This document shows positions 58,075 to 64,000 of a DNA stretch of 64,000 bases, piece by piece. A program made the translations under genes and the position numbers. Position 1 is the first letter of the stretch. Each line of letters opens with the position of its first letter. Location: the NCBI GenBank assembly GCA_964016885.1, contig OZ024763.1:18972001-19036000 (forward strand). The letters are read 5' to 3'. The notes under the pieces were generated by a model that ran no database searches, was not told the origin of the DNA, and was given only the letters and a program-made list of their open reading frames with translations. Origin of the DNA: Eledone cirrhosa. Its lineage: Eukaryota.

Positions 58075-59362
58075 TGAGAGGGGGTAGAGTACAAAGAGAG
58101 AGAGAGGGGTAGGGAGATAGGAGAGAAGGGGTTCGAGTACAAAGAGAGAGAGTGTAGGGACAGGGAAGAGAGAGGGGGTAGAGTACAAAAAGTGAGAGAG
58201 AGAGGGGGGTAGGGAGAGGGAAGAGAGAGGGGGTAGAGTACAAAGAGTGAGAGAGAGAGAGGGTGTAGGTAGAGGGAAGAGAGAGGGGGTAGAGTACAAA
58301 GAGTGAGAGAGAGGGAAGAGAGAGGGGGTAGAGTACAAAGAGTGAGAGAGAGAGAGGGTGTAGGTAGAGGGAAGAGAGAGGGGGTAGAGTACAAAGAGTG
58401 AGAGAGAGAGAGGGTGTAGGGAGAGGGAAGAGAGAGGGGGTAGAGTACAAAGAGTGAGAGAGAGAGAGGGTGTAGGGAGAGGGAAGAGAGAGGGGGTAGA
58501 GTACAAAGAGTGAGAGAGAGGGAAGAGAGAGGGGGTAGAGTACAAAGAGTGAGAGAGAGAGAGGGTGTAGGTAGAGGGAAGAGAGAGGGGGTAGAGTACA
58601 AAGAGTGAGAGAGAGAGAGGGTGTAGGGAGAGGGAAGAGAGAGGGGGTAGAGTACAAAGAGTGAGAGAGAGGGAAGAGAGAGGGGGTAGAGTACAAAGAG
58701 TGAGAGAGAGGGAAGAGAGAGGGGGTAGAGTACAAAGAGTGAGAGAGAGGGAAGAGAGAGGGGGTAGAGTACAAAGAGTGAGAGAGAGGGAAGAGAGAGG
58801 GGGTAGAGTACAAAAAGTGAGAGAGAGAGGGGGGTAGGGAGAGGGAAGAGAGAGGGGGTAGAGTACAAAGAGTGAGAGAGAGAGAGGGTGTAGGGAGAGG
58901 GAAGAGAGAGGGGGTAGAGTACAAAGAGTGAGAGAGAGGGAAGAGAGAGGGGGTAGAGTACAAAGAGTGAGAGAGAGAGAGGGTGTAGGTAGAGGGAAGA
59001 GAGAGGGGGTAGAGTACAAAGAGTGAGAGAGAGAGAGGGTGTAGGGAGAGGGAAGAGAGAGGGGGTAGAGTACAAAGAGTGAGAGAGAGGGAAGAGAGAG
59101 GGGGTAGAGTACAAAGAGTGAGAGAGAGGGAAGAGAGAGGGGGTAGAGTACAAAGAGTGAGAGAGAGAGAGGGTGTAGGGAGAGGGAAGAGAGAGGGGGT
59201 AGAGTACAAAGAGTGAGAGAGAGAGAGGGTGTAGGGAGAGGGAAGAGAGAGGGGGTAGAGTACAAAGAGAGAGAGAGAGAGAGGGTGTAGGGAGAGGGAA
59301 GAGAGAGGGGGTAGAGTACAAAGAGAGAGAGAGAGAGAGGGTGTAGGGAGAGGGAAGAGAGA
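58075..59362. repeat. Purine-rich compound minisatellite (GAGAGAGGGGGTAGAGTACAAAGAGT...)
   Basis: Tandem units with long and short variants. Confidence 0.9.
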
Positions 59363-60970
59363 TGGTATTACGTACAAAGATCAATAAAGATATGGGGAGA
59401 GGAGGGAGAGGTTGATAGTGATGAATGATGGGTGGTGGTGGTGGTGGTGGTGGTGGTGTTGGTGTTGGTGGTGGTGTTGGTGGTGATGGTAGTGGTGTTG
59501 GTGGTGGTGATGGTGTTGGTGGTGGTGGTGTTGGTGGTGGTGATGGTAGTGTTGTTGTTGGTGATGGTGTTGGTGGTGTTGGTGGTGGTGTTGGTGGTGG
59601 TGTTGGTGGTGGTGTTGGTGATGGTGGTGATGGTGGTGGTGGTGGTGTTGTTGTTGATGGTGTTGGTGGTGTTGGTGGTGGTGGTGATGGTGGTGATGAT
59701 GGTGTTGGTGGTGGTGTTGGTGTTGGTAGTGGTGGTGGTGGTGTTGGTGGTGATGATGGTAGTGTTGCTGGTGGTGATGATGGTGGTGATGATGGTGGTG
59801 ATGATGGTGGTGATGATGGTGGTGGTGTTGGTGGTGGTGGTGTTGGTGGTGGTGGTAGTGGTGGTGATGGTAGTGTTGTTGTTGGTGGTGGTGATGATGG
59901 TGGTGGTGGTGTTGGTGGTGGTGATGGTGGTGTTGGTGGTGGTAATGGTAGTGTTGTTGTTGGTGGTGGTGGTGGTGGTCGTGATGATGGTGGTGGTGTT
60001 GGTGGTGGTGGTGATGGTAGTGTTGTTGGTGGTGGTGGTGTTGGTGGTGATGGTGTTGGTAGTGGTGGTGGTGGTGGTGGTATTGGTGATGGTAGTGTTG
60101 TTGATGTTGGTAGAGTTGATGGTAGTGGTGGTAGGAGTGTTGTTGGTGGTGGTGTTACTGTTGATGTTGGTTATGATGGGGGTGATGGTAGTGGTGGTGA
60201 CAGTGATGGTGGTGCTAGAGATTGTGCTGATGGTGGTGGTGGAGATGGTGGTGCTGGTAGGGTTGTTGTTGTTGGTGGTAGTGGTGTTACTGTTGATGTT
60301 GGTTATGGTGGTGGTGACAGCGATGGTGGTGCTAGAGATTGTGCTGATGGTGGTGGTGGTGGGGTGGTAGGGCGCTGACTAACATTCCTGGTATTTCTAC
60401 TGCCTAACATGCATTTCTACAAGGACGTGTTATACATACATACATATATACATTCTTACATACATACATATATATACATGCATACATATAGATATACATG
60501 CATACATATAGATATACATACATACATATAGATATACATACATACATATAGATATACATACATATAGATATACATGCATGCATACATACATATATGTATA
60601 CACACATACATGCATACACACATACATGCATACATACATATATATATATATATATATGCATACATATAGATATACATACATACATATAGATATATATATA
60701 TATGCATACATATAGATATACATACATATATATAGGTATACATGCATGCATACATACATATGTACATATATGTATACACACACATACATGCATACATATA
60801 TGTATACACACACATACATGCATACATATATGTATACACACACATACATGCATACATATATGTATACACACACATACATGCATACATATATGTATACACA
60901 CACATACATGCATACATATATGTATACACACACATACATGCATACATATATGTATACACACACATACATG

Positions 60971-61014
<44 letters not shown>

Positions 61015-61438
61015 TACACGCACTCACATATATATATATATGTGTGTGTGTATATATATCATCATCACCGTTTTACGTCAGAGAGGGGGGGGGGGGGTTT
61101 AGAAAGATTAGATATATACGTGCATGCATACATACATACAGATACACATACATATATATATACATGCATGCATGCATACATATATATATCAACATCATAT
61201 ATATATATATATGTATATACACACACATATATATAGATATACATGCATGCATGCATAAATATATATATATACACACACACACACACATATATATGCATAT
61301 ACACACACATATATATAGATATACATGCATGCATGCATAAATATATATATATACACACACACACATATATATATGTAGATACATACACACATATATATAT
61401 ATGTATATACACACACACACACATATATATATGTAGAT

Positions 61439-61470
<32 letters not shown>

Positions 61471-61662
61471 GTATATACACACACACACACATATATATAT
61501 ATATATGTATATACACACACACATATATATATACACATGTTTAGGGGTAAAAGGGAGAAAAATGTACTCAATACATGTTATTGAGTAATAATGGCGTGAA
61601 TCATCAGCTGTTTCCATGTGGATATCTCTCTCTCCCCTCTCTCTCTATATATATATATATAT

Positions 61663-61717
<55 letters not shown>

Positions 61718-61760
61718 CACACACTTATATATATATATACACACATATATATATATATAC

Positions 61761-61819
<59 letters not shown>

Positions 61820-61892
61820 CACACACACATATATACATATATATACACACATATATACATATATATACACACATATATATATATATATACAC

Positions 61893-61927
<35 letters not shown>

Positions 61928-62288
61928 TATATATACACATATATATATATATATACACATATATACATATACACATATATACATATACACATATATATAT
62001 ATACACATATATACATATACACATATATATATATATACATATATATATACACACACATACACATATATACATATACACATATATATATACATATATATAC
62101 ATACACATATATACTCACATATACATATATATACATATATATATATATACACATATATACACACACACACATATATATATATGCACACATATATAAATAT
62201 ATATGACAAACACACACATGCTGTGTATGGACATACACACACACATGCTGTATACACACACACACACTAGATGGACACACACACATGC

Positions 62289-62319
<31 letters not shown>

Positions 62320-63399
62320 TGTATAGACATACACACACACATGCTATATATATATATATACACACACTATATATATACACACACATACACTGTATAGACA
62401 TACACACACACACATGATCCAATGTTTGTGTGTAGTAGTGTTGGCAGTGTTGGGACTGACGCTAGATCTATTTAGCCCTAGGTCAGACCTGACCAATTAC
62501 CAAAGATCAAAGACGTTCCTCTGGCCATCCCGCCTGTTTGTCAAACTAACAACTCTTCTTCTCTTCCCATCTTTTAAGACAATAGGTTGTGATCTGAGGA
62601 GAATCTGGCTGCTATTTCTAGCAGCTAGCTTGGTCGTGTAAAGGCTCCTTCATTGGCTTGGCATAGTGGTGGTGGTGGTTGTAGTATTAGTGGTGGTAGT
62701 AGTAGTGGTAGTAGTGGTGGTAGTAGTAGTGGTAGTAGTGGTGGTAGTAGTAGTAGTAGTAGTAATGGCAGTAGTAGTAGTGGTGGTGGTAGTAGTAGTG
62801 GTGGTAATAGTGATGGTGGTGGTTGTAGTAGTGTTAGTGGTGGTAGTGGTAGTAGTAGTGGTAGTAGTGGTAGTAGTAGTAGTAGTAATGGCAGGAGTAG
62901 TAGTGGTGGTGGTAGTAGTAGTGGTGGTAATAGTGATGGTGGTGGTTGTAGTAGTATTAGTGGTGGTAGTGGTAGTAGTAGTGGTAGTAGTAGTAATGGC
63001 AGTAGTAGTAGTGGTGGTGGTAGTAGTAGTGGTGGTAATAGTGATGGTGGTGGTAGTAGTAGTAGTAGTAATAGTAGTAGTGTTGGTGGTGGCGTGAATG
63101 AGCAGATGATGAGTGCACCAGAAGTAGAGTGGTAGTGGTGGTGGAGATAGTTTAATGGCAGTGGTAGTAGTAGTGGTGGTGGTGTCGATGGTATGCAGTG
63201 GCAGTAGGAGGTGGTGGTGGTGGAGGTAGTTTAATGGCAGTGGTAGTAGTAGTGGTGGTGGTGTCGATGGTATGCAGTGGTGGTGGTAGAGATGGTGGCA
63301 TCTGTAGGCCAAGGTTACTGGGGGGGGGGGGAGATTACAATGAGGGGCAAGATGAGAGGGAGTAGGAGAAAGAGAGATGGAGAGCTAGAACGATAGAGA

Positions 63400-64000
63400 G
63401 GGAGCAAGAGATAGATAGGAAGACAAAAAGCTAGAGAGGGAGAACTAGAGAGAGAGACAAAGAGAGGGAGAGAGAGAGAGGAAGACAAAGAACTGGAGAG
63501 AAAGAAGGAGAGAGAGACAAAGAGCTATATAGAGATAGAGCTATATAGAGATACAAAGAGCTATATAGAGATAGAGAGCTATATAGAGATAGAGAGCTAT
63601 ATAGAGATACAAAGAGCTGGAGAGATACAAAGAGCTGGAGAGATAGAGAGCTATATAGAGAGATAGAACTATATAGAGATACAAAGAGCTACATAGAGAT
63701 AGAGAGCTATATAGAGATACAAAGAGCTGGAGAGATATAGAGCTATATAGAGATACAAAGAGCTAGAGAGCGATAGAGAGATACAAAGAGCTAGAGAGAC
63801 AGAGAGCTATATAGAGATAGAGAGCTATATAGAGATACAAAGAGCTAGAGAGAGATAGAGAGCTATATAGATATACAAAGAGCTAGAGAGATAGCGAGCT
63901 ATATAGAGATACAAAGAGCTAGAGAGCTATATAGAGATAGAGAGCTATATAGAGATACAAAGAGATAGAGAGCTATATAGAGACAAAGAGCTAGAGAGAT
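63400..64000. repeat. AGAGCTATATAGAGAT(ACAA)-type minisatellite
   Basis: Tandem 18-20-bp units running to the window end. Confidence 0.85.

Noticed and set aside
48351-64000. NLK first coding exon (PIGYGAFGVVW)
   Set aside because: Not found by eye. It probably lies beyond 64000. The CAG/CAT-rich patch at 55965-56110 has no kinase motif or suitable donor.

Overview
Eukaryotic, repeat-rich animal DNA with long (TA)n, (CA)n, (GA)n and (GGT)n tracts. The SINE/LINE types suggest an octopus-like cephalopod, which is an inference. One protein-coding gene is supported: Nemo-like kinase (NLK, an atypical MAPK with a TQE activation loop) on the minus strand. Eight internal exons between 48350 and 27731 splice in frame (1074 nt). 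The Gly-loop exon and the usual last exon were not found in the window. The intron at 43689-45545 is a clear U12 (minor spliceosome) intron. The rest is transposon debris: RTE, CR1 and Tx1-like LINE pieces, two or more tRNA-derived SINE families, mariner/piggyBac/Tigger-like remnants, and minisatellites. The most striking unannotated signal is about 15 minimal type-I hammerhead ribozyme motifs from several families. They sit in short, mostly fold-back elements inserted into (TA)n tracts, resembling Penelope-like pLTRs. Their stem II covaries between copies, and one element seeded a 3.6-kb 33-bp minisatellite. Almost all long ORFs in the supplied track are repeat artefacts.
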